From assembly GCA_965238075.1 (NCBI GenBank), contig OZ250173.1, positions 2,944,001-3,008,000 of the forward strand: 64,000 bases of DNA, written 5' to 3'. This DNA comes from Candidatus Entotheonellaceae bacterium (lineage in GTDB: Bacteria > Tectomicrobia > Entotheonellia > Entotheonellales > Entotheonellaceae). How positions within the stretch are numbered: position 1 is the first letter of the stretch; the number at the start of each line of letters is the position of its first letter. The notes beneath the pieces were generated by a model. The model ran no database searches and was not told the DNA's origin. It worked only from the letters and a program-made list of their open reading frames with translations. This document shows positions 29,568 to 38,921 of this stretch, in pieces. The position numbers and the translations under genes were made by a program.

Positions 29568-30077
29568 CGGGTGATGAAAATCGGGGGCTTCGCCAGGGTG
29601 ATGCGTGGCCCAGAAAGTGCGCTGTCCGTCGGCGAGGCGGATGATCGCGGCAGGCGCGAGGCGGCAGGGGCCGGCGTGCTCGAGGTCCGCGATAGGGACG
29701 GTGCAGGATAGGCTGAGGCCGTGCGGGCGGCGTTGGCTGCTGAGTTGAACGTCGGCAATGCGGGGTTCTTCAGTCATGCCGTGGCGGTAGTCGGTGAAAC
29801 TGAAGACGTTCCAGTCGCCAGCAGGGGAGGCATTGATCTCCCAGTAGTTGGGATGGTGGAGCGGTCCCCAGAGGAGTTCGAAGCAGGTGTGCTGCCAGAG
29901 TTGCAGACGCCGCGCCGGGTTTGGCGAGGGGGCGGAGAGGTCGACCGGGTGGTTGAGGCCGTCTAGGTCGTACTCGATCCGCAGGGTGTCGTTGGCGATG
30001 GCGAGGCACCCGGTGAGAGCGGGGGGTGGCTTCTCCGGCCAGTGGAAGGGGATCAGGGTGAAGACGGCGTTGCGCAC
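29544..30077 (-). CDS. DOMON-like domain protein
   Basis: LWQHTCFEL, YWEINASPAGDWN, FWATHH..PDFH; AGGAG RBS before GTG. Confidence 0.75.
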   Translation of the reverse strand: MRNAVFTLIPFHWPEKPPPALTGCLAIANDTLRIEYDLDGLNHPVDLSAPSPNPARRLQLWQHTCFELLWGPLHHPNYWEINASPAGDWNVFSFTDYRHGMTEEPRIADVQLSSQRRPHGLSLSCTVPIADLEHAGPCRLAPAAIIRLADGQRTFWATHHPGEAPDFHHPLSFTLAA

Positions 30078-30132
30078 GGGTTGGCTCCTCGGCTGGGGGT
30101 TGCGTGAGGTGAATGTCGCATGGAGGTGCGGG

Positions 30133-30579
30133 ATGACGCAAACAAATCTCTCGATTGTGCGGCTGCAGGCCGTCGTTCTGGCGTGTCTGCTGGCGCTGGC
30201 CTGTCTGTCGGGCTGTGCCTCGTACGAGACGATTAGCATGGAGGTGACCGCGTATTCGTCGGACCAAGAGAGCACCAATTGGCGGCGGGGGCGGATTCTG
30301 TTCTGGCGCGCCTATGTGGCCAGCGGGCCGAACAAAGGCAAGCGGAAGATCGTCGGGCTGACCTCCAGCGGCAAGTGGGCGCGCTACGGCACCATTGCCG
30401 CCGATACCCGCTACTATCCGTACGGCACGGTGATGATCGTACCCGGTTACGGCAAGGGCGTAGTGGAGGACATCGGCGGGGCCATCAAGGGTCCGCGGCG
30501 GCTCGACGTGTACTTCAAAACGCGGCGGCGGGCGCTCAGGTGGGGGCGTCAGACGCTGCCGGTGCGGGTGAGGCGGTAA
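30133..30579 (+). CDS. 3D-domain lipoprotein
   Basis: Lipobox LSGC; MEVTAY, IAADTRYYPYGT, VEDIGGAIKG..LDVY. Confidence 0.85.
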   Translation: MTQTNLSIVRLQAVVLACLLALACLSGCASYETISMEVTAYSSDQESTNWRRGRILFWRAYVASGPNKGKRKIVGLTSSGKWARYGTIAADTRYYPYGTVMIVPGYGKGVVEDIGGAIKGPRRLDVYFKTRRRALRWGRQTLPVRVRR

Positions 30580-30585
30580 AACGCG

Positions 30586-31152
30586 ATGCGCAGAAGCAGG
30601 TTGGTGTTTGCCGCCAGCGCTGTGCTGGTCGGAGCGCTGCTGGGGTGGCTGGTGTCCGGCTACGTACGCCCGCCGGCGGAGTCGTCGGATGCCGTGCGGC
30701 CACTGGCGGGGGTGCCATTGACGACGCACGCGGGTGAGACCGTGCGGGTGGGCGATTATCGCGGCAAGGTGCTGGTGTTGGCGTTCGGGTGCGTGTCCTG
30801 CTGGGAGTCCGGCGGTTCGGTGTTGGACGAGTTGGCTGGTGCCCTGCGGCGTCTGGGCGGCCGCGCAGACGAGGTGCAGGTGTTGGTGGTCAGTGTCGCC
30901 CCGCAGCGCGACACGTCCGACCGGCTGGCGGCCTATGTGACGGCGCTTGATCCGCGCTTCGTCAGCGTCGCGGGAGCGCCCGAGGTCATCCGAAGCGTGG
31001 CGGCATTCGGCCTGACGCCCAACGACCCCGACGCCGCGTCGGTGATGGTGTTGGACCAGCGCGGTCATTTGCGGTTGCTGTTTCCGTTTCGCATCTCCGC
31101 GCCGTCGCTGGCCGAAGATCTGGCCGCCCTGTTGCGCCCCGTGCGGTCATGA
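30586..31152 (+). CDS. SCO/SenC-like thioredoxin-fold protein with degenerate metal site
   Basis: N-terminal TM, YRGKVLVLAFG, VSVAPQRDT..LAAY, VLDQRG. Confidence 0.75.
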   Translation: MRRSRLVFAASAVLVGALLGWLVSGYVRPPAESSDAVRPLAGVPLTTHAGETVRVGDYRGKVLVLAFGCVSCWESGGSVLDELAGALRRLGGRADEVQVLVVSVAPQRDTSDRLAAYVTALDPRFVSVAGAPEVIRSVAAFGLTPNDPDAASVMVLDQRGHLRLLFPFRISAPSLAEDLAALLRPVRS

Positions 31153-31221
31153 GACAAGGCGCCGCGCCGCATGGCGCACTGGCTGAGGGCGTGATACGAT
31201 GCGCCCTGCGCCGGAGCAGTT

Positions 31222-31251
31222 GCAGGGCGGATTAGCGCAGCGTAATCCGAC
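31222..31251. repeat. REP-like palindrome
   Basis: GCAGGGCGGATTAGCGCAGCGTAATCCGAC, resembles GTAG-family REP. Confidence 0.6.
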
Positions 31252-31329
31252 ATTTCCGACGCACCCGCCGGGGCGATTGCCGGCACTTCAAGGAATTGAG
31301 GACCACGACGACACGGAGGACACACGGCT

Positions 31330-32385
31330 ATGACGCAATACGTATACGCGGGAGCAGGGCATTGGCTGTCCGGCGGTGAGACGACGCCGGGCGGGCTGTT
31401 GCGCAAGGCGATCGACGGGCGCACCTGGGAGCCGTTGAGCAACGGGTTGCCGGCGCAGGCGGAGGTGCGGACGATTGCCATTCACCCGGACAACCCGGCA
31501 ATCGTGTTCGTCGGTACGCAGGACGGCCCGTATCGCAGCACGGACGGCGGCGACCATTGGCAAAAGCTGCCGTTTCCCGATCCGGCGATGGTGGTGTGGA
31601 CGATCATTTTCCATCCCAAGGACCCGCACACGTTGTTTCTGGGCGCCAGCCCGGCGGCGGTGTACCGCAGCGACGACGCCGGTGATAGCTGGCGGCGGCT
31701 GACCCTCGTGGAGACCACCGGGGCGGTGAACATGGGATTCGACATGCGGGTGATCCGGCTGGTGGTGGACCCCACCAATCCTCAGGAAATCTACGCCGGC
31801 CTGGAAGTCGGCGGGGTGATTCGCAGCCTCGACGGCGGCGAAACGTGGGACGACTGCACCGAGGACCTGCTGCGGTTGGCCGGGATGGAACACCTGAAGA
31901 GTCGCATCGGCAGCGATACGGACACCGAAGGCATGATGGACTCTCACGCCTTGAGCATCAGTTCGGCGCAGCCGGGCACGGTGTTCCTGGCCACCCGCAT
32001 GGGCCTGTTCCGCAGCACCGACCGCGGCGGCAGTTGGGCGGACATGGAGATGGGGCGCTTTTCGCCGCTGACCTACGCGCGCGACGTGCGAGTGGCGCCG
32101 CATGATGCCAACGTCATGTACGCCGCCCTCAGCCCGGCGGCGCGCAGCGAAGACGGCTCGCTGTACCGCAGTGAGGACCTGGGGCAGACGTGGCGGCGCT
32201 TCGACCGCGGCGTAACGCCGAAGAGCACCATGATGAGCATCGGCCTCAGTTGCCAGGACGCCAATCGGGTGTACTGCGCCACGCGCGGCGGACAGGTTTT
32301 CGGCACCCAGGACGGCGGCGAGACGTGGGACGAGTTTCCGCTGCCGGAGGGCCTGGAGGACGTGTACACGGTGGCCTGCGCTTAG
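31330..32385 (+). CDS. BNR/Asp-box beta-propeller (WD40/YVTN-like) protein
   Basis: Repeated S-x-D-x-G-x-x-W Asp-boxes. Confidence 0.85.
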   Translation: MTQYVYAGAGHWLSGGETTPGGLLRKAIDGRTWEPLSNGLPAQAEVRTIAIHPDNPAIVFVGTQDGPYRSTDGGDHWQKLPFPDPAMVVWTIIFHPKDPHTLFLGASPAAVYRSDDAGDSWRRLTLVETTGAVNMGFDMRVIRLVVDPTNPQEIYAGLEVGGVIRSLDGGETWDDCTEDLLRLAGMEHLKSRIGSDTDTEGMMDSHALSISSAQPGTVFLATRMGLFRSTDRGGSWADMEMGRFSPLTYARDVRVAPHDANVMYAALSPAARSEDGSLYRSEDLGQTWRRFDRGVTPKSTMMSIGLSCQDANRVYCATRGGQVFGTQDGGETWDEFPLPEGLEDVYTVACA

Positions 32386-32432
32386 GTGCGCCGGGCGCAA
32401 GCACGATAACGATTTCACGCGATGAGGATGTT

Positions 32433-33200
32433 ATGGCGGACAGACTGGCCGGAAAGGTAGCCCTGATCACCGGTGGTGCCAGCGGGCAGGGAAGGGAGGC
32501 GGCGTTGCGCTTTGCCGCCGAAGGAGCGCGGGTGGTGCTGAGCGACGTGCAGGAAGAAGGCGGCGTGCGCACCATGCACATGGTTCAGGAGAACGGCGGC
32601 GACGCCTTCTTCGTTCCCGCCGACATATCGGTGGAGAGCAGCGTCCGCGACATGGTGGCGGCCGCGCTGCGTCAGTATGGCGCCTTGCACGTGCTGTACA
32701 ACAACGCCGGGGTGATCGGCGAAGGCCGTGACGGCTTGGTGACCGACCTGGACATCGACGCCTGGGAGTTCATCCTGAACGTCAATCTGCGGGGTATTTT
32801 TCTGTGCGCCAAGTACGGCGTGCCCGCCCTGATCGACGCCGGCGGGGGCTCGGTGATCAACACCGCCTCGGTGGCGGGCTTGATCGGCAGCCCGAATTCC
32901 GGTCATGCCTATGCTGCCAGCAAGGGCGGGGTGATTGCCCTGACGCGCGCCATGGCGGCCTCGTATGCACGGCACCAAGTGCGGGTGAACGCGATCTGCC
33001 CGGGCACCCTGGAAACGCCGATGACCGCCAACCTGCTGCAGATGAGCGACCGGCACCGCGAGATCGTCGCCCAGCACCCGCTAGGACGGCTGGGCGTGGC
33101 GTCGGACATCGTGCATCTGGCCGTCTACCTGGCCGCCGACGAATCGGCATGGGTGACCGGCGGCGTGTTCACCGTCGACGGCGGCCGCACGGCCACGTAA
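32433..33200 (+). CDS. Short-chain dehydrogenase/reductase
   Basis: TGGASGQG, NNAG, YAASK. Confidence 0.93.
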   Translation: MADRLAGKVALITGGASGQGREAALRFAAEGARVVLSDVQEEGGVRTMHMVQENGGDAFFVPADISVESSVRDMVAAALRQYGALHVLYNNAGVIGEGRDGLVTDLDIDAWEFILNVNLRGIFLCAKYGVPALIDAGGGSVINTASVAGLIGSPNSGHAYAASKGGVIALTRAMAASYARHQVRVNAICPGTLETPMTANLLQMSDRHREIVAQHPLGRLGVASDIVHLAVYLAADESAWVTGGVFTVDGGRTAT

Positions 33201-33236
33201 CGGCCAACGTGCCGTCTTGCCATCGGGGGGAAATAA

Positions 33237-33635
33237 ATGACCATCCTTCTGGCGTGTAGCGTACTTCTTTTCACGCTTTCCACCGCCATGGCGCAATCGG
33301 TGCCGATTCCCGCCTACCGGGACCTGACCCCGCGCACGATCTTGCGCGCCCCGTGCCCGGCAGGAGAGGTGGAACGGCTGGCATGGCACGCCGCCGGCTC
33401 CGACGGACAGCCGTTGGAAGCGTATGCCATCAGCACCTGGCGCTGGCGGCAGCAGGACGTGATGATTGCCGAGTACCCGCCACCGAACAGCCGCGAGACG
33501 ACGCGCTTGTGGATCGACTGGGACGGCGATGGCCGCGCCGAGGAGGTCTACGAGAGTATTGATGCGATGGGAAAGGTGTACCCGCATTCGTGTCTGATCT
33601 TCGAGAAGGCCCGCCGCATGGCCGACGGCGGTTAA
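33237..33635 (+). CDS. Hypothetical secreted protein
   Basis: Signal peptide ending AMA-Q; DWDGDG loop; no family recognised. Confidence 0.6.
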   Translation: MTILLACSVLLFTLSTAMAQSVPIPAYRDLTPRTILRAPCPAGEVERLAWHAAGSDGQPLEAYAISTWRWRQQDVMIAEYPPPNSRETTRLWIDWDGDGRAEEVYESIDAMGKVYPHSCLIFEKARRMADGG

Positions 33636-33746
33636 GCTCTAAAGCAGATAACGCCGGATATCGAGAGCGTTATGGAAAACGCCCGGCATATCAATGTTAT
33701 CTTCTGACTTGATCAAGTTAGGCAAGTTGTTGCGCAATAAGCGGTT

Positions 33747-34328
33747 CTAAATCTTCTTTGGCTGTTGATCTACATGCTCTCCCGGAAGGCGCGAAGTGGA
33801 TAGGGTGGTCGACGCCCCAGGGTGCTCCTGAGTAGTACGCAGATAGCGCCGCAGCACGTACAGGCCGTCCGGCGTGTAGGGCGCGTGCTCGGCGTGCGAC
33901 AGAATGTCTGCCATCGGCATGAAGGCGGCGCTCTCCACTTCCTCTTCCTGCAAGACCAATTCCCCGTCATACACGCACGAGAACACGCTGCCCCACACCC
34001 GGGTGTCGTCGTCCGCGTAGTGGAAGACGAACTGGTGGGCGAGGGGCACGTCGCGAATGCCGACCTCCTCGGCGAGCTCGCGCCGGGCGCCCGCCTCGTA
34101 GGTCTCGCCGGCAAGCACGACGCCCCCGGCGGCGATGTCGTAGTAGCCGGGGAAGACGTCCTTCGTGGTGGTGCGTTTCTGCACGCACAGGTTGCCGTGG
34201 GAGTTGAAGACCAGAATGTAGGTGCTGCGGTGCGGCAGGCGATTCTGCCGCATGTCGCGGCGGGGCGCGGATCCGACGACACGGTTTTGGTCATCGACGA
34301 TGGCGACGATTTCATCGGCGGGATTCAT
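33747..34328 (-). CDS. NUDIX hydrolase (YfcD-like)
   Basis: GGVVLAGETYEAGARRELAEEVG Nudix box; QKRTTTKDVFPG. Confidence 0.9.
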   Translation of the reverse strand: MNPADEIVAIVDDQNRVVGSAPRRDMRQNRLPHRSTYILVFNSHGNLCVQKRTTTKDVFPGYYDIAAGGVVLAGETYEAGARRELAEEVGIRDVPLAHQFVFHYADDDTRVWGSVFSCVYDGELVLQEEEVESAAFMPMADILSHAEHAPYTPDGLYVLRRYLRTTQEHPGASTTLSTSRLPGEHVDQQPKKI

Positions 34329-34348
34329 GGTTGGGCACCCTCCGCGTC

Positions 34349-35185
34349 TCATCCGTGCCGCTGCGCCAGTTCGGCGCGTTGCTCCAACAGCGGCAGCACC
34401 TCATCGCGTGGCGCCGGGGGTAGGTGGAATAGCAGGCGCTCCACGCCGGCCTCGGCGTAGGCGTCGATCACCTCGGGCTTGGGGGCGGCGCCGAAGATGG
34501 TGACGGGGATGTCGGCGCGCCCGGCGGCGGCGGCCAGGCGGTTGAGTTCGTCGATGCGGTTTTTGAAATCGGCGCGCCGGCCGATGGGCATCCAGCCGTC
34601 GCCGTAGCGCACGACGCGCTGCAGGGTGTTGGCGCCGTCGCCGCCGATAATGACGGGCGGATGGGGCTTCTGGATGGGCTTGGGCCACTGCCAGATGGGG
34701 TCGAAATCGACGAACTCGCCGTGGTATTCGGCGGCGTCCTCGGTCCAGATTTGCTGCATGGCTTCGATACGCTCGCGCAGCACCTTCCAGCGGCGGGTGG
34801 AATCGGTGCCGTGGTTTTCCATTTCTTCGCGGTTCCAGCCGCCGCCGATGCCGAAGAGGACGCGGCCGCCGGAGATGAAGTCGAGGCTGGCGACTTCCTT
34901 GGCCAGGGTGATGGGGTCGCGCTCAATGACCAGGCAAATGCCGGTGCCGAGCAGAAGCCGCTCGGTGGCGGCGGCGACGGCGCCCAAGGCGACGAAGGGG
35001 TCGAGCGTGTGGGAGTATTCCTTGGGAAGCTCGCCGCCGCCGGGGAAGGGGCTGCGGCGGCTGGTCGGGATGTGGGTGTGCTCGGGAACGAACAACGACT
35101 CAAAGCCGTGCCCTTCAGCCGCGCGCCCCAGGGACACCGGATCGATCGCGTAATCGGTGGGAAACATGTAAACGCCAAATTTCAT
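34349..35185 (-). CDS. LLM-class (probably F420-dependent) oxidoreductase
   Basis: FESLFVPEHTHIP, LDPF, LAKEVASLD, GGWNREE, PKPIQKPHPP. Confidence 0.9.
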   Translation of the reverse strand: MKFGVYMFPTDYAIDPVSLGRAAEGHGFESLFVPEHTHIPTSRRSPFPGGGELPKEYSHTLDPFVALGAVAAATERLLLGTGICLVIERDPITLAKEVASLDFISGGRVLFGIGGGWNREEMENHGTDSTRRWKVLRERIEAMQQIWTEDAAEYHGEFVDFDPIWQWPKPIQKPHPPVIIGGDGANTLQRVVRYGDGWMPIGRRADFKNRIDELNRLAAAAGRADIPVTIFGAAPKPEVIDAYAEAGVERLLFHLPPAPRDEVLPLLEQRAELAQRHG

Positions 35186-35396
35186 GAACTCGTTCTCCTG
35201 ATTGTGTGTTGATACACGGCTGCGGTCGCGTACGCGTAGTCGGTGGCCCGACGCGCAAGTGTACGGCAGGCGACTTGCGGGGCGCAACGGGCGGGGTTGC
35301 CAACAGTCGGAACGGCGGCTATATTACTTGGCGTTTTGCCACATCACATCGTTGTGCCATTCCAACAGAAATTTTTGCCCGAATAAGGAGCGGTGA

Positions 35397-36353
35397 GTGA
35401 TTACCGTCAAGGACCTTTCCATGCGTTACGGTTCGGTGGTGGCGGTGCGCAACGCGACGTTTGCCGTGCAGCGTGGTGAGGTCGTCGGACTGCTGGGGCC
35501 GAACGGCGCCGGCAAATCGACGACCATGAAAATCCTTACCACCTACCTCTATCCCACGTCGGGCAGCGCCGTGGTGGGCGACAAGGACGTGCTCACCTCC
35601 CCCCTGGAAGTCCGGCAACTCATCGGTTACCTCCCCGAAACCTTGCCGCTTTACCCCAATGCCGACGTGCATTCCTACCTTCAATTCGTGGGCAAGGCAC
35701 GCGGCTTGCAGGGTGCCTTGCTGCGCGAGCGCACGGACTGGGTGGTGCAGCGTTGCGGCCTGGCGCCCATGTATCGCAAGCTGATCCGGGAATTGTCCAA
35801 GGGCTACCGGCAGCGGGTCGGGCTGGCGCAGGCGCTGATTCACGACCCTCAGGTGATCATGCTCGACGAGCCGACGTCCGGCCTCGACCCGCACCAGATT
35901 CTCGAGATTCGCCACCTGATTCGCCGCCTGGCGCGGGATAAGACCGTGTTGCTCTCCACCCATATTCTGCAAGAGGTGGAGGCGGTGGCGGACCGCATTG
36001 TCATCATCAACAACGGCCTCATCGTGGGTGACGGCACGCCTCAGGAGTTGAACCAGCGGGCGCAGCAGCGGCAGCGGCTGCAACTGTCGGTGAGCGCGGC
36101 GCGTGCGGAGGTGGAGGCGGCGCTGAACCAGTTGCCGGATGTTGGGCTGGTGCGGTACGACGAAGCGGTGGACGGCTTCGAGCACTTCACGGTGGATGCG
36201 GCACACGGCGTACAGTTGTGGCAGCAGGTGAGCGATCTGGTCCGTGCCAGGGGCTGGCAGGTGGGGATACTGGCGCCGCAGGTCGGCACGCTGGAAGAGA
36301 CCTTTCTGGCCCTGACGGAACCCAAGGACGGCGCTGCGGGACGACAAGGATAA
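35397..36353 (+). CDS. ABC transporter ATP-binding protein (GldA-like), copy 1
   Basis: GPNGAGKS, LSKGYRQR, LDEP, STH. Confidence 0.93.
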   Translation: MITVKDLSMRYGSVVAVRNATFAVQRGEVVGLLGPNGAGKSTTMKILTTYLYPTSGSAVVGDKDVLTSPLEVRQLIGYLPETLPLYPNADVHSYLQFVGKARGLQGALLRERTDWVVQRCGLAPMYRKLIRELSKGYRQRVGLAQALIHDPQVIMLDEPTSGLDPHQILEIRHLIRRLARDKTVLLSTHILQEVEAVADRIVIINNGLIVGDGTPQELNQRAQQRQRLQLSVSAARAEVEAALNQLPDVGLVRYDEAVDGFEHFTVDAAHGVQLWQQVSDLVRARGWQVGILAPQVGTLEETFLALTEPKDGAAGRQG

Positions 36354-36360
36354 GTAAAAC

Positions 36361-38859
36361 ATGCGGAATCTCGGCACCATTTTTCGTTGGGAATTGGCCT
36401 CATATTACCGTTCGGCCATCGGCTACATCTTCATGATCGTCTTCCTGCTGCTCAGCGTCGGGCTGTTCATGACGCCGTTCTTCACGCTGCTAGTGGCCGA
36501 CATGCGCAGCTTCTTCAACACCCTGCCGCTCATCATGTGCATTTTCCTGCCGGCGGTGACCATGCGTATCTGGGCCGATGAGAGAAAGCAGAACACCTGG
36601 GAAATGCTGTTGACCTTCCCGATGCGGTCGCACGAGCTGGTGCTGGGGAAGTTCTTTGCCGGCTTGGTGTTCTTCGTCATCGCGCTGGCCGGCACCCTGA
36701 CGATTCCGTGGATGCTGGCGTCGCTCGGTAATCCCGATTTTGGCACGATTGCCGGGGCGTACCTCGGCACCATTCTGCTGGGCGCCTTTTTCCTGGCGCT
36801 GGGGCTGTTCATCTCCAGCCTGTGCAACGACCAAATTGTTGCCTTCGTGGTGACGCTGCTGGCGTGCTTCGGGCTGTTTTTTCTGGGCACGGAGTTCCTG
36901 GCGCGCTTTGTGGACAGCGCTTGGCCGGGGTTGGGGGTGTTCCTGGCCGACGTGGTTGGCTTCACGGGGCATTACAACCCGTTCACCCGCGGCATCGTGA
37001 CCATCGGTAACATCCTGTACTTCCTGGTCTGGACGGCGGTGTTCCTGTTTCTGAACGCGCTGTTTCTGGAAATTCGCAGCCGTCCGGCGGCGCGCCGCAC
37101 GTTCGCCGGCGCGGTGGTGCTGAGCCTGGGCATCGGGCTGGCGTTCAACTGGATCTTCGCCGGTCAGCACATCGGGCGCTTCGACCTGACGGAGGACAAG
37201 CTGTACACGCTCTCCAATGCCTCGGTGAAGATTCTGCGCGATCTGGACGTGCCGGTGCAGGTGAAGCTGTACATCACGCCGAGCGACAAGATGCCGACCG
37301 AAATGCGCTACCTGGAACGCGACATCCTCGACAAGCTGGAGGAGATGCGGCTGGCCGGCGGCGGCAATCTGGTGATGCGCGCCATCCACATGGAAACGGC
37401 CAATGTCATCCAGCAACAGGAGCCGGGCGACATGCCGCCGGAGCCCGAGGACGAGGAGGGCGCGGTGGAGAAGCGGCTGCTGAGCAAGGGGGTGCGGCCG
37501 TTTACGGTGCAGGCGCTGCGCGAGGACGAGGTGATCAACAAACTGGTCTACGCGGCCATCGGAGTGGCCTACAAGAATCAGGATGAGGAAATCATCCCGC
37601 GGCTGCTGCCGAACGATCTGGACAACCTGGAGTACCGGCTGATCAACATCGTTTACAAGATGAGCCGCAAGCAGCAGCCCGTGGTGGCCCTGTTCGCGCC
37701 CAAGCAGGCGGTCAGCATTCCGCCGGAACTCATGGAACTCTACCGGCGCATGAACCGCCCAATCCCGCAGTCGGACGATCCTTACCAGAGCCTGGAGCGC
37801 CTGTTGCAGGTTGAGCGCTACGACGTGCGGCGGCTGGGTACGGATGGCTCGGCGACCATCGCGCCGGAGGTGGACACGGTGGTCGTCATCAACCCGCGCA
37901 CTCTGTCCGACCGGGAGCGCTGGGACTTGAACCGCGCCCTGCACGAGGGCAAATCGGTGTTCCTGGCCGTCCAGAACTACCGCTGGGACTACCACGTGGA
38001 GCAGCAGGTTGTGGCCATGACGCGGCAGGACGAGAATCCGCAGGTGAACGACTGGCTGAGCCATTTCGGGCTGGAGATTGATCCGCAGATTCTCATGGAC
38101 GTCAACCACGGGCCGCTGACCATCCGAGGAGGGTCCAATCCGCGGCTGGGCGGCGGCATTACCCTGAACCTGCCGATGCACGTCCTGCTGACGCAGGAGT
38201 CGATGAACACGGACGTGTCGATTACCAACCGGTTGTCGCCCCTGTTCTATCTGTGGGGCAGCGCTCTGGACGTGCGTCCGGAGGTTCTGGCGGACAACGG
38301 GTTGGATCACACGGTGCTGCTGACGACGAGTCCGCTGGCGTGGGTGCTTCCAGAGGACGTGTCCATGACGCCGGAGAGCCTGCAGCGGCCCGACGTGGAG
38401 GGGCAACGCTTTCCGCTGGCGGTGCTGGCGCGCGGGCAGTTTCCCGACGTGTACGCCGGCGTGGAGCGCCCGGCTTGGGAGCCGCCGCCGGCGCAGCCCG
38501 GCGCCCCGGCGCCGACGCCGCCGATAGACGACGGGCCGCTCGGCGACTCGCAGCCGGCGCCCGGTAGGTTGCTGCTGGTGGGTAATGCGCAGATGTTCCA
38601 CCGCAATTTCCTCTCCGGCGGTCACGCAGATTTTTTCCTGAACAGCATCGACGCCCTGACGCTGGGCGATGAATTGGTGAACGTGCGCAGCAAGAAGCGC
38701 ATTAACCGCAGTATCAGCAAGCCCAGCGCGGCGACGCGGCAGTTCTGGCGGGTGATGAACCTGGGGCTGGTGAATCTGGGCATTGCGGTGATCGGCGTCG
38801 GTGGGGCGGTAATCCGCCGACGGACTCGGGCGGCCTACACGGCGGCGCAAGCGGCGTAA
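36361..38859 (+). CDS. Fused ABC-2 permease / GldG-type auxiliary protein, copy 1
   Basis: TMRIWADERKQNTWEMLLT..LVLGKF; RFDLTEDKLYTLS; FFLNSID. Confidence 0.88.
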   Translation: MRNLGTIFRWELASYYRSAIGYIFMIVFLLLSVGLFMTPFFTLLVADMRSFFNTLPLIMCIFLPAVTMRIWADERKQNTWEMLLTFPMRSHELVLGKFFAGLVFFVIALAGTLTIPWMLASLGNPDFGTIAGAYLGTILLGAFFLALGLFISSLCNDQIVAFVVTLLACFGLFFLGTEFLARFVDSAWPGLGVFLADVVGFTGHYNPFTRGIVTIGNILYFLVWTAVFLFLNALFLEIRSRPAARRTFAGAVVLSLGIGLAFNWIFAGQHIGRFDLTEDKLYTLSNASVKILRDLDVPVQVKLYITPSDKMPTEMRYLERDILDKLEEMRLAGGGNLVMRAIHMETANVIQQQEPGDMPPEPEDEEGAVEKRLLSKGVRPFTVQALREDEVINKLVYAAIGVAYKNQDEEIIPRLLPNDLDNLEYRLINIVYKMSRKQQPVVALFAPKQAVSIPPELMELYRRMNRPIPQSDDPYQSLERLLQVERYDVRRLGTDGSATIAPEVDTVVVINPRTLSDRERWDLNRALHEGKSVFLAVQNYRWDYHVEQQVVAMTRQDENPQVNDWLSHFGLEIDPQILMDVNHGPLTIRGGSNPRLGGGITLNLPMHVLLTQESMNTDVSITNRLSPLFYLWGSALDVRPEVLADNGLDHTVLLTTSPLAWVLPEDVSMTPESLQRPDVEGQRFPLAVLARGQFPDVYAGVERPAWEPPPAQPGAPAPTPPIDDGPLGDSQPAPGRLLLVGNAQMFHRNFLSGGHADFFLNSIDALTLGDELVNVRSKKRINRSISKPSAATRQFWRVMNLGLVNLGIAVIGVGGAVIRRRTRAAYTAAQAA

Positions 38860-38921
38860 GTAAATTGGGCGCCGAACCGCTGAGCGGACGGCGCCGAACG
38901 CGCGGAAAAGGGATTCGTGGC

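Noticed and set aside
36490-38850. Long antisense ORFs (786 aa here; also 23122-24741, 11212-12726, 1878-3287 and others)
   Set aside because: Shadow frames of real genes in high-GC DNA, with no motifs
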